In this document: positions 22,641 through 32,732 of the stretch, piece by piece | Layout of the letters: every line of letters begins with the position of its first letter | Position numbering within the stretch: position 1 is the stretch's first letter | Source: Anaeromyxobacter sp. | GTDB lineage: Bacteria > Myxococcota > Myxococcia > Myxococcales > Anaeromyxobacteraceae | NCBI GenBank assembly: GCA_049840735.1 | Contig: JASGJN010000022.1 | Location: 320,001-384,000, forward strand | Direction of reading: 5' to 3' | Length of the DNA: 64,000 bases | Notes under the pieces: model-generated | The model's database searches: none | What the model was told of the DNA's origin: nothing | Seen by the model: the letters and a program-made list of their open reading frames with translations, nothing else | Program-made: the position numbers and the translations under genes

Positions 22641-23711
22641 CTAGCGCCGCGCCACCGTCTTCCCGTTGGCGCCGAGGTCTGCGAAGGCCTCCTGCAGGCG
22701 TTCGACCACGCCCTGCTCGGCCTTGCGCAGCACCTGCCGCGGGTCGTACTGCTTCTTGTAGGGCTGGTCGGTCTCGGGATCGATCTGGTACTGGAACGCC
22801 CGCGGGTTCGCGGTCACGTAGTCGCCGATGGGCTTGGCGAACGCGAACTGCGTGTCGGTGTCGATGTTCATCTTGAAGACGCCGTAGCTCACGGCCTCGC
22901 GGATCTGGGCCTTCTCCGAGCCCGAGCCGCCGTGGAACACGAGGTTGAGCGGGTTCGGACCGGACTTCGTCTTCTCGCGGACCAGCGTCTGGCTGTTCTT
23001 CAGGATCTCCGGCCGCAGCTTGACGTTGCCCGGCTTGTAGACGCCGTGCACGTTCCCGAACGACGCCGCCACCGAGAAGTGACCGATGGGCGAGAGCTTC
23101 TGGTAGGCGAGGTACACGTCCTCGGGCTGGGTGTAGAGCTTGGCGTTGTGCTCGCTGCTGTCCACGTCCGAGCCGACGCCGTCCTCCTCGCCGCCCGTCA
23201 CGCCCAGCTCGATCTCGATGCTCATGTCCATCTTGGCCATGCGCGTGAGCAGCCGCGCGCACTCGCCGAGGTTGAAGTCGATGGTCTCCTCGGAGAGGTC
23301 GAGCATGTGCGAGCTGAAGAGCGGCTTCCCGGTCTGCGCGAACCAGCGCTCCCCGTGCTCCAGCAGCGCCTCCACCCAGGGGATGAGCTTCTTGTTGGCG
23401 TGGTCGGTGTGGACGGCCGCGCAGATCCCGTACTCGGCGGCCAGGAGGTGGATGTGCTGGGCCGCAGCGACCGCGCCCAGCACCTTGGCCTTGGCGCCGT
23501 CGGGGATGCCCTTGCCCGCGTAGAACTCGGCGCCGCCGTTCGAGAGCTGGATGATGACGTCGCTCTTCGCCTTGGCCGCCGCCTCCAGCACCGCGTTGAG
23601 GGTGTTGGTGCCCGTCACGTTCACGGCGGGTAGCGCGAAGCCGCCAGCCTTCGCGTTGGCGACGAGCGCCTGGTAGTCCTTGCCTGTCACCACGCCTGGC
23701 TTGAGATTCAT
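22641..23711 (-). CDS. fbaA: Class II fructose-bisphosphate aldolase
   Basis: FALPAVNV, HTDHANKKLIPW, PLFSSHMLDLSEE, EIELGVTGGEEDGV, FGNVHGVYKPGNV, VFHGGSGS, KMNIDTDTQ. Confidence 0.97.
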   Translation of the reverse strand: MNLKPGVVTGKDYQALVANAKAGGFALPAVNVTGTNTLNAVLEAAAKAKSDVIIQLSNGGAEFYAGKGIPDGAKAKVLGAVAAAQHIHLLAAEYGICAAVHTDHANKKLIPWVEALLEHGERWFAQTGKPLFSSHMLDLSEETIDFNLGECARLLTRMAKMDMSIEIELGVTGGEEDGVGSDVDSSEHNAKLYTQPEDVYLAYQKLSPIGHFSVAASFGNVHGVYKPGNVKLRPEILKNSQTLVREKTKSGPNPLNLVFHGGSGSEKAQIREAVSYGVFKMNIDTDTQFAFAKPIGDYVTANPRAFQYQIDPETDQPYKKQYDPRQVLRKAEQGVVERLQEAFADLGANGKTVARR

Positions 23712-24042
23712 GTGATTTCTCCGTCGTGCACCCACTGGGGCGCGCTGATCGCGGCCGGGCGCCGGGTTGGAAGTCCGTTCAGGAGCAAACCGCTCCTCTG
23801 CCCCAGCAGGGTCGGGGACGCACGCCGGGCCGGTCCGTCGGCATCGGTTTATCGGGGAGGTCCGCTCCGCGCCATACTTGCGGCTCGTCGAGTGGCCGAG
23901 GGTGTTGCTCGTGTGGGGGGTGTGCGGCGGGCGAGCGCAGGCGCGCGGGGGCGCGCACTGTCAGTGCCTGGGCAGGCTGCGAGCGGGGGTGGCGGCGGCG
24001 GGGTCGTACTCCCGGTGCACCTCGTCGCGGTCGAACGGGATC

Positions 24043-24123
24043 GCGGTCCCGCCGGAGTCCGCCACCGAGACGTTCGCGGCGCTGCGCCTCTACGTGAACA
24101 GCTGGCGCTGGCAAGGCGTCCCC
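24043..24123 (+). pseudogene. zwf: Short remnant of glucose-6-phosphate dehydrogenase
   Basis: Translates AVPPESATETFAALRLYVNSWRWQGVP, matching the G6PD C-domain motif TETF/Y.A....N.RW.GVPF. Flanks are not homologous. Confidence 0.7.
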
Positions 24124-24230
24124 TGCTCCGCGACGCGCTCGCCGGTGACTCGTTCCGCTTCGCACCAGGCCCGCCCGAGGGGCCCTGTCGTGTTCACGGA
24201 GGACGTCGAATCCTCTTGCTAACTGAGCGT

Positions 24231-26981
24231 ATGACCCCCGAGACTGCTCCCAGCCGTTCGACTCCCCTGGCCCTGGCAGGTTCGCCGAAGCCTGTGGCGC
24301 AGGCTCCGGGCCCCGCCCACGAGCAGCTCGAGGCGTACCAGTACCTGCGCGCCCGGGCGCGCGCCGCCCCCGGGCCGCTCTCGCCCGAGCAACTCGCGGG
24401 GCACGCGCTCCGTGTGACCGCAGGCGCCGGCTTTCCGGTCCAGGAAGCTGCGCTCGAGGCGTTGCTGCGCCGAGCGCGTTCCGCTGGGGAGGTCAGGGTT
24501 TTGGGCCCACCGCCCCGGGGCCGCCAGCTCGGGCTGTACCGGGTCCGCGGAGCCGCCTCCTCGCCGGAGTACACCGTGCTGCTCCGCTCGGTCGCCGATG
24601 CGCGGGGCTCCTGCGACTGCGCCGACTTCGCCCGGAGCTCGCTCGGACTGTGCAAGCACCTCCTCGCCGTGCTTGCGTGCGCAGCTCGCCCCGGGGCCCG
24701 GCGAAACGAAGGCGAGGGCACGCTCGACGACGCGCTGCCTCATCTGGAGTGGGATCCGATCCGCGGGCTCACGGGCCCGGGTGACTGGCTGGAGCGGGTC
24801 TCGTGCCGAGGCCCCGATTCGCGCCGCAAGTCCGATGGTGCGGCAGGCCGGTGGTTCAAGGGCGGGCGGTTGCGGGACGCCTTCGCCGCGGACCCGGTGA
24901 CCCGGCTGGATCTGGTCCGGGATCTGTCGCGCGTGGTGAAGGCTGGGGAGCGGGCCAGTCCCTCCGATCCCGCACTGCGCCCCCTCCTGGCCGCCGAGGA
25001 GGAGCGGCTCACCCGCCTCCTCGACGTCCGCGGGCGATGGCCGCAGGCCCGCGCCGCCCTGCGCTCGCTCAAGGTGTCGCTCTACCCGTATCAGCTCGAG
25101 GGCGTGCAGCGGTTCCTCTCGACCGGCCGGCTCCTGCTGGCCGACGACATGGGCCTCGGCAAGACAGCGCAGGCGATCGCGTCGTGCCACGCCCTCTTCG
25201 CCCTTCGGCGCATCCGCCGGGGGCTGGTGATCGTGCCAGCCGCGCTCAAGCCGCAGTGGCAGCGGGAGTGGCAGGCCTTCACCGACGCGCCGCTCACGGT
25301 GGTGGAGGGGGGCCCAGGCGCTCGTGCCGAGCTCTACGGATCCTGCGAGCGCGGCTTCCTGCTGTTGAACTACGAGCAGGTGCTGCGGGATCTGCCCATG
25401 CTCGAGGCCCTCGCGCCGGAGCTCGTGGTCCTGGACGAGGCGCAGCGCATCAAGAACTGGGCGGCCAAGACCTCGGCCTCGGTGAAGCGGCTCCAGCCGG
25501 CCTACCGCCTGGTGCTCACCGGCACGCCCATGGAGAACCGGCTGGACGAGCTGGCGTCGCTCGTCGAGTGGGTCGATGACCTGGCGCTGGAGCCGAAGTG
25601 GCGCCTGGCTCCCTTCCACGCCGTGCGCGCCGACGGCGTGCGGGAGGTGACCGGCGCGCGCAATCTGGGGACCCTGCGCGAGCGGCTGGCCCCCTGCATG
25701 CTTCGCCGGGTGCGCCGGGAGGTGCTGGCGCAGCTGCCGCCGCGGACCGACACGCACCGCCCCATCCGCTTCACCGACGCGCAGGACGCCGAGCACGAGA
25801 GCTTGAACCGGCCCATCGCGGCGCTGGCCGGCATCGCCGGCAAGCGGCCGCTGACGCAGCCCGAGTTCCTCCGGCTCATGACCCTCCTCAACACGCAGCG
25901 GGTGATCTGCAACGGGCTGGGCCAGCTGCGGTTCGAGCAGGAGTGGCCCGCGCTCGCCGCAGCGCCCCGGCCCACCGAGGCATTGCTGGAGGGTCTTGCC
26001 AGCCCGAAGCTGGTGGAGCTGCGGGAGCTCATCGCCTCCATCGCGATCTCCCAGGAGCGGAAGGTGGTGGTCTTCAGCCAGTGGCGCCGGATGCTGCGCC
26101 TCGCCAGCTGGGCGGTCTCGGACCTGCTCGCGGACGCCGGCCTGCGCGGGGTGTTCTTCTCGGGCGAGGAGGGGCAGCGGCGCCGGGCCCAGAACCTGGT
26201 CGAGTTCCACGACGACCCCGGCGTGCGGATCCTGTTCGCGACCGACGCCGGCGGGGTCGGACTCAACCTGCAGCGTGCAGCGAGCTGCTGCATCAACCTC
26301 GAGGTGCCCTGGAACCCGGCGGTGCTGGAGCAGCGGGTCGGCCGGATCTTCCGGCTGGGCCAGGCGCGGCCGGTGGAGGTCTACCACCTCGTCTCGGAGG
26401 CGGGCATCGAGTCGCGGATCGCCGGGCTTGTGGGTGACAAGCGCGCCCTCTTCGACGGCCTCTTCGACGGAAAGAGCGAGGAGGTGGCCTTCGAGCGCTC
26501 CGGCTCGTTCCTCCAGCGGATCGAGAAGGCGTTGCCGCCCCGCTCCGCGTCCCCGCTGGCAGGGGCCGCCGCAGCGCCCGAGGTCGAGCCCGAGGAGCCC
26601 GAGCAGTCGGAGGAGCTCGCGGACTCGCTTCCCGGCGTCCAGCCGGCGCCGGGGCCGGCGAGCGCCCCGGTCCAGCTGGGAGGGCAGGCGCTCATCTCGC
26701 CGCGCCAGCTCGGCGACCTCCTGGGCCAGGTGAAGCTGCGCCCCGCCGCCGAGGGCAAGGTCACGCTCGAGGCGCCTGCCGAGGTGGCCGCGTCCCTCGC
26801 CGCGATCCTCCAGGACCTCGCGCGGATGCTGGTGGGTGGTCAGGGTGAGGCGGCGGAGAGCGCGCCGGCGCGAGGTGCGCCTCCAGCGGCAGCCAGCCGC
26901 GCCACCCCCTCGTCCACTCGCGCCGCCTCGATGAGCCCGAAGCCGATCGCCAGCCCGGTCACGCGCCGTCGCACGGCGTAG
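24231..26981 (+). CDS. SWIM zinc finger + SNF2-family helicase
   Basis: CDCADF...LCKH (SWIM), LYPYQ, LLADDMGLGKT, LDEAQRIKN, LTGTPMEN, VFSQW, GGVGLNLQ, WNPAVLEQRVGR. Confidence 0.92.
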   Translation: MTPETAPSRSTPLALAGSPKPVAQAPGPAHEQLEAYQYLRARARAAPGPLSPEQLAGHALRVTAGAGFPVQEAALEALLRRARSAGEVRVLGPPPRGRQLGLYRVRGAASSPEYTVLLRSVADARGSCDCADFARSSLGLCKHLLAVLACAARPGARRNEGEGTLDDALPHLEWDPIRGLTGPGDWLERVSCRGPDSRRKSDGAAGRWFKGGRLRDAFAADPVTRLDLVRDLSRVVKAGERASPSDPALRPLLAAEEERLTRLLDVRGRWPQARAALRSLKVSLYPYQLEGVQRFLSTGRLLLADDMGLGKTAQAIASCHALFALRRIRRGLVIVPAALKPQWQREWQAFTDAPLTVVEGGPGARAELYGSCERGFLLLNYEQVLRDLPMLEALAPELVVLDEAQRIKNWAAKTSASVKRLQPAYRLVLTGTPMENRLDELASLVEWVDDLALEPKWRLAPFHAVRADGVREVTGARNLGTLRERLAPCMLRRVRREVLAQLPPRTDTHRPIRFTDAQDAEHESLNRPIAALAGIAGKRPLTQPEFLRLMTLLNTQRVICNGLGQLRFEQEWPALAAAPRPTEALLEGLASPKLVELRELIASIAISQERKVVVFSQWRRMLRLASWAVSDLLADAGLRGVFFSGEEGQRRRAQNLVEFHDDPGVRILFATDAGGVGLNLQRAASCCINLEVPWNPAVLEQRVGRIFRLGQARPVEVYHLVSEAGIESRIAGLVGDKRALFDGLFDGKSEEVAFERSGSFLQRIEKALPPRSASPLAGAAAAPEVEPEEPEQSEELADSLPGVQPAPGPASAPVQLGGQALISPRQLGDLLGQVKLRPAAEGKVTLEAPAEVAASLAAILQDLARMLVGGQGEAAESAPARGAPPAAASRATPSSTRAASMSPKPIASPVTRRRTA

Positions 26982-28285
26982 CCCTGCAACCCCTCCACCG
27001 CCACGCCGGCCTGCCGGGCCCTCGCGATCCAGGCGGGGACGTCCAACCGTTCGTCGCGGCAGCGCGCGGCGAGGTGCAGCCCGGCGGCGCCCGGGAAGAG
27101 CTCCAGCACCTCCCCCAGCTCGCGCTCCAGCGCGGTCACCAGCCGGTCCCGGCGGTCCCGGTAAATCCGGTGCAGCTTGCGCAGATGCCGGGAGAAGAGC
27201 CCCTCCTCGATGAGCGTGGCCAGGGCGCGCTGCGGCTCGGGGGGGCCGTGGGAGTCGGAGAGCCGTCGCGCGGCGCGCAGCGCTCCCATGAGCGACGCGG
27301 GCGCGACGACGTAACCCAGCCGCAGCGTAGGGAGGAGCAGCTTCGAGAAGGTGCCGACGTACAGGACGCGCCCGTGCCGGTCGAGCCCTTGGAGCGCCTC
27401 TAGCGGCCGGCCGTCGTGACGGAACTCCGCGTCGTAGTCGTCCTCCAGGATCGCGGCCCCGCGCCGGCGGCTCCATTCCAGGAGGGCCTGCCGTCGCGCC
27501 AGCGACATCGGCACGCCCAGCGGGAACTGATGCGAGGGCGTGACCACCACCAGCTGCGCGTCCGCAGGCAGGGCGGCGACCACCAGCCCCTCGCCGTCCA
27601 CCGGGACCGGGACCACCCGGGCCCCCTGCGCCTCGAGGACCTGGCGTGCGGGCGGGTAGCCGGGGTCCTCGACCGCGACGCAGGTCCCGGGCTCCACCAG
27701 GATCCTCGCCACGAGGTCGAAGGCGTGCTGGGCGCCCGCGCAGAGCAGCACGTCCTCCGCGCCGGCGTGGACGCCGCGCGAGGCGGCGAGGTGCCGGGCG
27801 ATGGCCGCGCGCAGACGCTCCTCCCCCTCGGGCGGCGCGTAGCCGGGAGCGGGACGCCGCCCGCGGAGCTCCCGGGCCAGCGCGCGGCGCCAGGTGTCCC
27901 ACGGGAAGAGCCGCGGGTCGGGCGCGCCCACCCGGAAGTCGAACGGCGCCGGAGCGATCGGCGCGGGTGGGTCGGCGAGCGCGGCCCACCGCGGGAGCGG
28001 GCGCAGGCGGCGGCCCGAGGGCGCGCGGCTGGGCGCCGCCCGGACGCCGTCCGCCACGAAGGTCCCGGCGCCCACGCGGCCACCCAGGAAGCCCTCCGCC
28101 CCGAGCCGCCCGTAGGCGCCGAGGACGGTGTTGCGGGAGACGCGGAGCGCGCGGGCCAGCGCGCGGCTCGCGGGGAGCCGCGCGCCCGCCGGCAGCCGGC
28201 CATCCAGGATGCGCTGCCGGAGCTGCTGGTAGAGATCGGAGCCGAGGCGCCCGCCCCGCCCCAGCGTGATCTGGAGGCTCACCAC
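26840..28285 (-). CDS. MocR/GabR family regulator (GntR HTH + PLP aminotransferase-like domain)
   Basis: LPASRALARALRVSRNTV, VEDPGY, TPSHQFPLG, EDDYDAEF, GTFSKLLLPTLRLGY. Confidence 0.93.
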   Translation of the reverse strand: MVSLQITLGRGGRLGSDLYQQLRQRILDGRLPAGARLPASRALARALRVSRNTVLGAYGRLGAEGFLGGRVGAGTFVADGVRAAPSRAPSGRRLRPLPRWAALADPPAPIAPAPFDFRVGAPDPRLFPWDTWRRALARELRGRRPAPGYAPPEGEERLRAAIARHLAASRGVHAGAEDVLLCAGAQHAFDLVARILVEPGTCVAVEDPGYPPARQVLEAQGARVVPVPVDGEGLVVAALPADAQLVVVTPSHQFPLGVPMSLARRQALLEWSRRRGAAILEDDYDAEFRHDGRPLEALQGLDRHGRVLYVGTFSKLLLPTLRLGYVVAPASLMGALRAARRLSDSHGPPEPQRALATLIEEGLFSRHLRKLHRIYRDRRDRLVTALERELGEVLELFPGAAGLHLAARCRDERLDVPAWIARARQAGVAVEGLQGYAVRRRVTGLAIGFGLIEAARVDEGVARLAAAGGAPRAGALSAASP

Positions 28286-28361
28286 GGCAGGTTAAATGGC
28301 ACCATGGACTTTGTGAAGAGTGGACCTGGGAAGGGGCCACCGCCCGACCTATCCCTGAGCC

Positions 28362-28763
28362 ATGATCGACTCCGACACGCTCCCCTGGCTCCCCTGCACC
28401 CCCGGCTTCAGCCTGAAGCTCCTCCGCGGCGGCGCCGACGACGATCCGCGCGTCCTGCTCCTGCGGCTGGAACCTGGCACCCTCGTCCCGCGCCACCGCC
28501 ACACGGGCGACGTCCACGCGTTCAACCTGCGCGGCTCGCGCGTCCTCCTCGAGACCGGCGAGGTGGTCGGGCCCGGGGGCTACGTCTACGAGCCCGTCGG
28601 CAACGTGGACAGCTGGCGAGCCATCGGCGACGAGCCCGTCCACGTGCTCGCCATCGTCCGCGGCGCCATGGAGACGCTGGGGGAGAATGGGCAAGTCACC
28701 GACCGGACCACCACCGGCTCGCTCACGCAGGCGTTCCAGCGGTTCCTGGAGGCCCGGCGATGA
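28362..28763 (+). CDS. ChrR-like cupin domain protein
   Basis: PRHRHTGDVH...GYVYEP cupin motifs. Divergent from the MocR gene. Confidence 0.75.
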   Translation: MIDSDTLPWLPCTPGFSLKLLRGGADDDPRVLLLRLEPGTLVPRHRHTGDVHAFNLRGSRVLLETGEVVGPGGYVYEPVGNVDSWRAIGDEPVHVLAIVRGAMETLGENGQVTDRTTTGSLTQAFQRFLEARR

Positions 28764-29230
28764 GGGGCGACCGCCTGGCACCGGCGCTGCTCCGCCTCGC
28801 GCTGTCCGCGGCCTTCCTGTCCGCAGTCGCCTCCCGGCTCGGCGGCTGGGGCGGCCACGCCGGTCAGCCGGCGGTGGCCTTCGCCGGTTTCGTCGCGGCG
28901 GTGGGCGAGCTCAACCCGTGGCTGCCCAGCAGGCTCTGGCCGGCGCTGGCCGTGCTGGTCACCGCGCTCGAGGCCGGGCTCGGCGTGGCGCTCCTGCTCG
29001 GCGTCGCGCCCCGGCGGACGGCGCTCGGGGCCGCCGGACTCCTGACCGTGTTCGCGGTGGCCATGACCGCCTTCACCGGCCCGAAGTCGGCGCTGGACGC
29101 ATCCGTCTTCTCCGCGGCGGCCGGAGCCTTCCTCCTCGCCAGGGTGGAGGGCGAGCGGAGCACCGCCGCCCGGGACGCGAGGGAGGGCGCACAGGGCGGC
29201 GCGGGGGATCGGTGCGCGGGCGCGTCGTAG
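28760..29230 (+). CDS. DoxX-like membrane protein
   Basis: LRLALSAAFLSAVASRLG, hydrophobic helices, KSALDASVFSAAAGA. ATGA-coupled to the cupin gene. Confidence 0.75.
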   Translation: MRGDRLAPALLRLALSAAFLSAVASRLGGWGGHAGQPAVAFAGFVAAVGELNPWLPSRLWPALAVLVTALEAGLGVALLLGVAPRRTALGAAGLLTVFAVAMTAFTGPKSALDASVFSAAAGAFLLARVEGERSTAARDAREGAQGGAGDRCAGAS

Positions 29231-29549
29231 CGACGCGTGACTGCCTCGCGGGGTCAGGAACCGCCGCTGCCTCCAGCAGCCTGGCGCGCGCCTGCGCCTG
29301 GATTTCGATGACAGCCTGAGTCCCGCTCGGCTGGAACAAGGAGCGGGCGCCAGCAGGAACTCGGCGCGGCCTCTCGCTGCCCGCCGCAGCGTGCAGGGCG
29401 CTCTCGCCGACCCCGGTTCACCCACGGTACGTTGACGGTTAGTCACTTCGCTGTGCCGCGCGCCACCGGATGAGCGTTTGCTCCCCCATTTGATGACCTA
29501 GCACCCGTCGCCCTCGGACGCTGACGCAGCGGCCGAGAAGGAGCGACGG

Positions 29550-30741
29550 ATGAGCAAGCGAACGAAGGACAAGGTCGGGTCCGGGAACGGACGCGGTGGG
29601 GTGCGGCGGAGCGGCTCGGCGGGGAACCCGAGGATCCACCCGTTGGCGTTCAGGCTGCGGGCGGTGGGGCAGGTGGTGGACAAGCAGGTGCCCATCACGC
29701 AGGTGGGCCCGATTGTACGGGCTGTCGTCTGACGACGCTGCGGACCTGGGTGGAGCGGTTCAAGGCGGACGGGGTGGCCGGGCTGGAGCCAAAGCCGAAC
29801 CTGGGCCGGCCGACGAAGGCGGCCAATCCGGCGGACCCCAAGCGCGTGGCGGTCACGGAGTTGCGCGGTGAGCACCCGGAGTTCGGGACGCGGCGCATCT
29901 CGCAGACTGCTGGGCCGGTTCCAGGCGCTGGGCGTGTCGGAGCACGAGGTCCGGCGGATCCTCCACGAGGAAGGGCTCATCGAGGAGAAGGAACCGGCCG
30001 GGCCGCGCGATCACCCGGGAGCGGCGGTTCGAGCGGGCGCAGCCTGAACGAGCTGTTTGGGCAGTCGGACATCTTCACGTTCCTGCTGCGGCGGCACGAG
30101 CGGCTGTACATGGCCGCCTTCATGGACGACCACTCGCGGTTCCTGGTGTCGCACGCGATCGCGCACCACCAGCGGTCGGGGCTGGTGATGGAGGCACTCG
30201 ACCGCGGGATCGCGGCGTACGGCGCGCCGCGGGAGAATCCTGACGGACCCAGGGGCGGTCAGTACACGGCCTGGCGCGGGACGACCGAGTTCGAGGCGGA
30301 GCTGCGCCGGCAGGGGATCCGGCACGTGAAGAGCCGGCCGCAGCACCCGCAGACGCTGGGCAAGATCGAGCGGTTCTGGAAGACGCTGTGGGACGAGCTG
30401 TTGTCCCGGACGGTCTTCTCGGACTTCGCCGGACTGCGCGCGGCGGATCGGGCTCTTCGTCGACGGCTACAACTTCCAGCGGCCGCACCAGGCGCTGGTG
30501 GGGCTGGTGCCGGCGGATCGCTTCTTCCAGGCGGCGCCGCAGGTGCGTGCCGCGGTGGAGCGGAGCGTGCAGGCGAACGCGCTGCGGCTGGCGAAGGGAG
30601 AAGCCGCCGCTCAAGCCCTTCTACCTGGTGGGCCGGTTGGGGGACCGGGACCTCTCGATCGCGGCCAGCGCCGAGGGGCTGCGGGTGAAGGTGGGCGGCG
30701 AAGGAGCAGACCATTCCGCTGAACGAGGAGCGCGTCCATGA
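29550..30741 (+). CDS. IS481/IS3-like HTH + rve DDE transposase (several frameshifts)
   Basis: Fragments FRLRAV, WVERFK...GL, HPEFGTRRIS, QSDIFTF, MDDHSRF, ILTD, PQTLGKIERFWKTL, YNFQRPHQAL. Confidence 0.8.
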
Positions 30742-31254
30742 GCGAGACGAAGACGAGGCAATCGAGGCGGCACCGGCCGCGGCCCGTGCCCAGGTGGCTG
30801 TAAGACGCGGCAGGAGCTGGACGAGATGGCGCGGCGGCGGTGCCTGCTGGTGCTGTCGGTGCTGTCCGGGGAGCGGCCGGTGACGGAGGCGATCGAGGAG
30901 GCGAAGCTGTCGCGGGGCCGGTACTACCAGCTGGAGGAGTTGGCGCTGCAGGCGATGCTGGACGCGCTGTCGCCGACGCCGGCGACGAAGCCAGGGCGGC
31001 CGCCGAGCCAGGACCGGAAGATCGTGGAGCTGGAGGCGAAGGTGACGCGGCTGGAGCAGGAGAAGCGGCGGGCCGAGCGCGCTCCTGCACATGACGCGGA
31101 AGGTGCTGGGGAAGGGGCGCGTGACGCTGCCCGGGGTGGGCCGGCCCAGCTCGACGAAGGATGGGCGCGAAGCCTTCGAAGCGGCTCGGTGACGAGGAAG
31201 GGGGAGGCCGGCCCGGCTTCGATCCCGAAGACGGGTGGCGCGGTCGCGCCCTGA
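30738..31254 (+). CDS. HTH + coiled-coil accessory protein of the element (frameshifted)
   Basis: LVLSVLSGERPVTEAIEEAKLSRGRYYQLE...PGRP...IVELEAKVTRLEQE. Confidence 0.6.
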
Positions 31255-31318
31255 GGTGGGATTCGGAAACTCGCGGGAGAGATCGCGGCGTGTGACGCTG
31301 GGTCCGAGGAGCGCGCCC

Positions 31319-31708
31319 ATGCCGAAGAAGACCTACGAGCCGATGCCGGAGGTGCCGCCGGAGCTGCAGGAGCGCCTGGCCGACGATGCTGGCGGTGATG
31401 GCCGGGGAAGTGTCGGTGAGCGAGGGGGCCCGGAAGCTGGGCCTGTCGCGAAACCACTTCCAGACCCTGCTGCACCGCGGCCTCAAGGGGATGCTGGAGG
31501 GGGTGACGCCGCTGGCCCCGGGTCGGCAGGCGAGGCCGGAGCGGGAGGCGGAGCTGGAGCGCCAGCTGGAGGCGCTCCGGCGGCAGAACCGGCAGCTCCA
31601 GGCGCGGGCGGAGATGATCGACCGGATCTTCGGAGCGATGAGCCAGGTGGTGCATACCCGGGTGCGGACCCCGCGGCCCAGGAAGAGCCGCCCGGGCGGT
31701 GGCGGTGA
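31319..31708 (+). CDS. Second HTH + coiled-coil accessory protein of the element (frameshifted, end uncertain)
   Basis: ATG after GAGGAG. MLAVMAGEVSVSEGARKLGLSRNHFQTL...PGR...ELERQLEALRRQNRQL. Confidence 0.6.
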   Translation: MPKKTYEPMPEVPPELQERLADDAGGDGRGSVGERGGPEAGPVAKPLPDPAAPRPQGDAGGGDAAGPGSAGEAGAGGGAGAPAGGAPAAEPAAPGAGGDDRPDLRSDEPGGAYPGADPAAQEEPPGRWR

Positions 31709-31712
31709 GGTC

Positions 31713-32728
31713 GATGAACCCGACGGTGCGGAGGTGCTGATGCGGCTCGAGGCCGAGCGGACGCTGCGGGAGGCCGGGATTGCCGGCGGCGCTGTCGGTG
31801 CGCGCTGGTCGGCGCTAGCCCGGCCACCGTGGCGCGCTGGCGCAAGCAGCTGGCGGCGGGCGAGCCGCCCGCGCAGCTCGTCGCCCCGCTCGGCCCCGAA
31901 CTCAAGGACGAGGTGGTCGCCGTGGTCCGCGGCCTGCGCGGATTGATCGGCGCCGAGGCCATCCGCCACGCGGTGCCGGGCGTGTCCCGGCGCCAGGCGG
32001 CGGCGGTGAAGCACGAGACGCTGACGGCGATGGAGCGGGAGCGCAAGGCGGCCGCCGCTACCGTGGAGGTCACCACGGCCGGCGCCGTCCGCGGCTTCGA
32101 CGCCATGTACCTGGCCACCACCGCCGGCCGCCGCTTCGCCCTGGTCGCGGCCGACGCCGCAATGCCCTACCGCACCACCGCCGCGGCGGTGCCGGCCTAC
32201 GACGGCCACGCCGTGGCCGCCCACGCTGGCTCATGACTTCGCTATCCACGGCGCGCCTCTGGTGCTGCGGGCGGACCGTGCCAAGTGTCACCGGACGGCC
32301 GAGGTGCTGGACGTGCTCCGGAGCCACAAGTGTCCTGCTGCTGTCATGGCCCGCCAAGCGGCACCCCGGCTACTACGGCCAGCTCGAGCGCCAGAACCGG
32401 GAGCACCGGGAGTGGCTCTTTGCCCAAGATAGGGCAATCCCGGAGGATGACCTGGAGCGGCTGTGTGAGGAGATGCTGCTGGCATTGAATGGCGCCTGGC
32501 CAAGGCATAGCCTGGGCTGGCGCACCAGCGAGGAGGCCTGGCAGGCGCGCCCGGAGCTGCACGAGGACCGCGACGCGCTTCGCGAGGAGGTGCAGGGACC
32601 GAGCCGCCCGGATCAGGCGGCGCGTGGAAGGCCGCGGTGCGACCGCGGCGATGGCCGAGCGCCTCGCCATCGAGTGGGCGCTGACGAAGCGCGGCTACCT
32701 GCGCTGCGAACGGGGAGGCGGATGCTAG
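31713..32728 (+). CDS. Second integrase-core (DDE-like) protein of the element (frameshifted, start uncertain)
   Basis: Fragments GFDAMYL...LVAADAA, LVLRADRA, PGYYGQLERQNREHREWL, LNGAWPRHSLGWRTSEEAW resemble an rve D-D-E layout. Stop falls inside the right inverted repeat. Confidence 0.55.
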
Positions 32729-32732
32729 GTGA

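Larger units (their letters stand above)
29494..32732 (+). mobile_element. 3.24-kb insertion element with imperfect terminal inverted repeats, 4-bp TTGA target duplication and four ORFs (DDE, HTH, HTH, second DDE-like)
   Basis: Left end TGACCTAGCACCCG. Right end reverse complement TCACCTAGCATCCG, with similarity extending ~35 bp. TTGA at 29490-29493 and 32733-32736. Confidence 0.85.

Noticed and set aside
24219..28781. 1520-aa minus-strand ORF and many similar long Arg/Ala/Gly-rich ORFs
   Set aside because: These are shadow frames of real genes in very GC-rich DNA and carry no domain motifs.
29231..29489. Left att core or upstream Rhs body for cassette 3
   Set aside because: No tRNA-derived core is visible. 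Joining the flanks across the insertion element gives a short frame with no YD or Rhs similarity.
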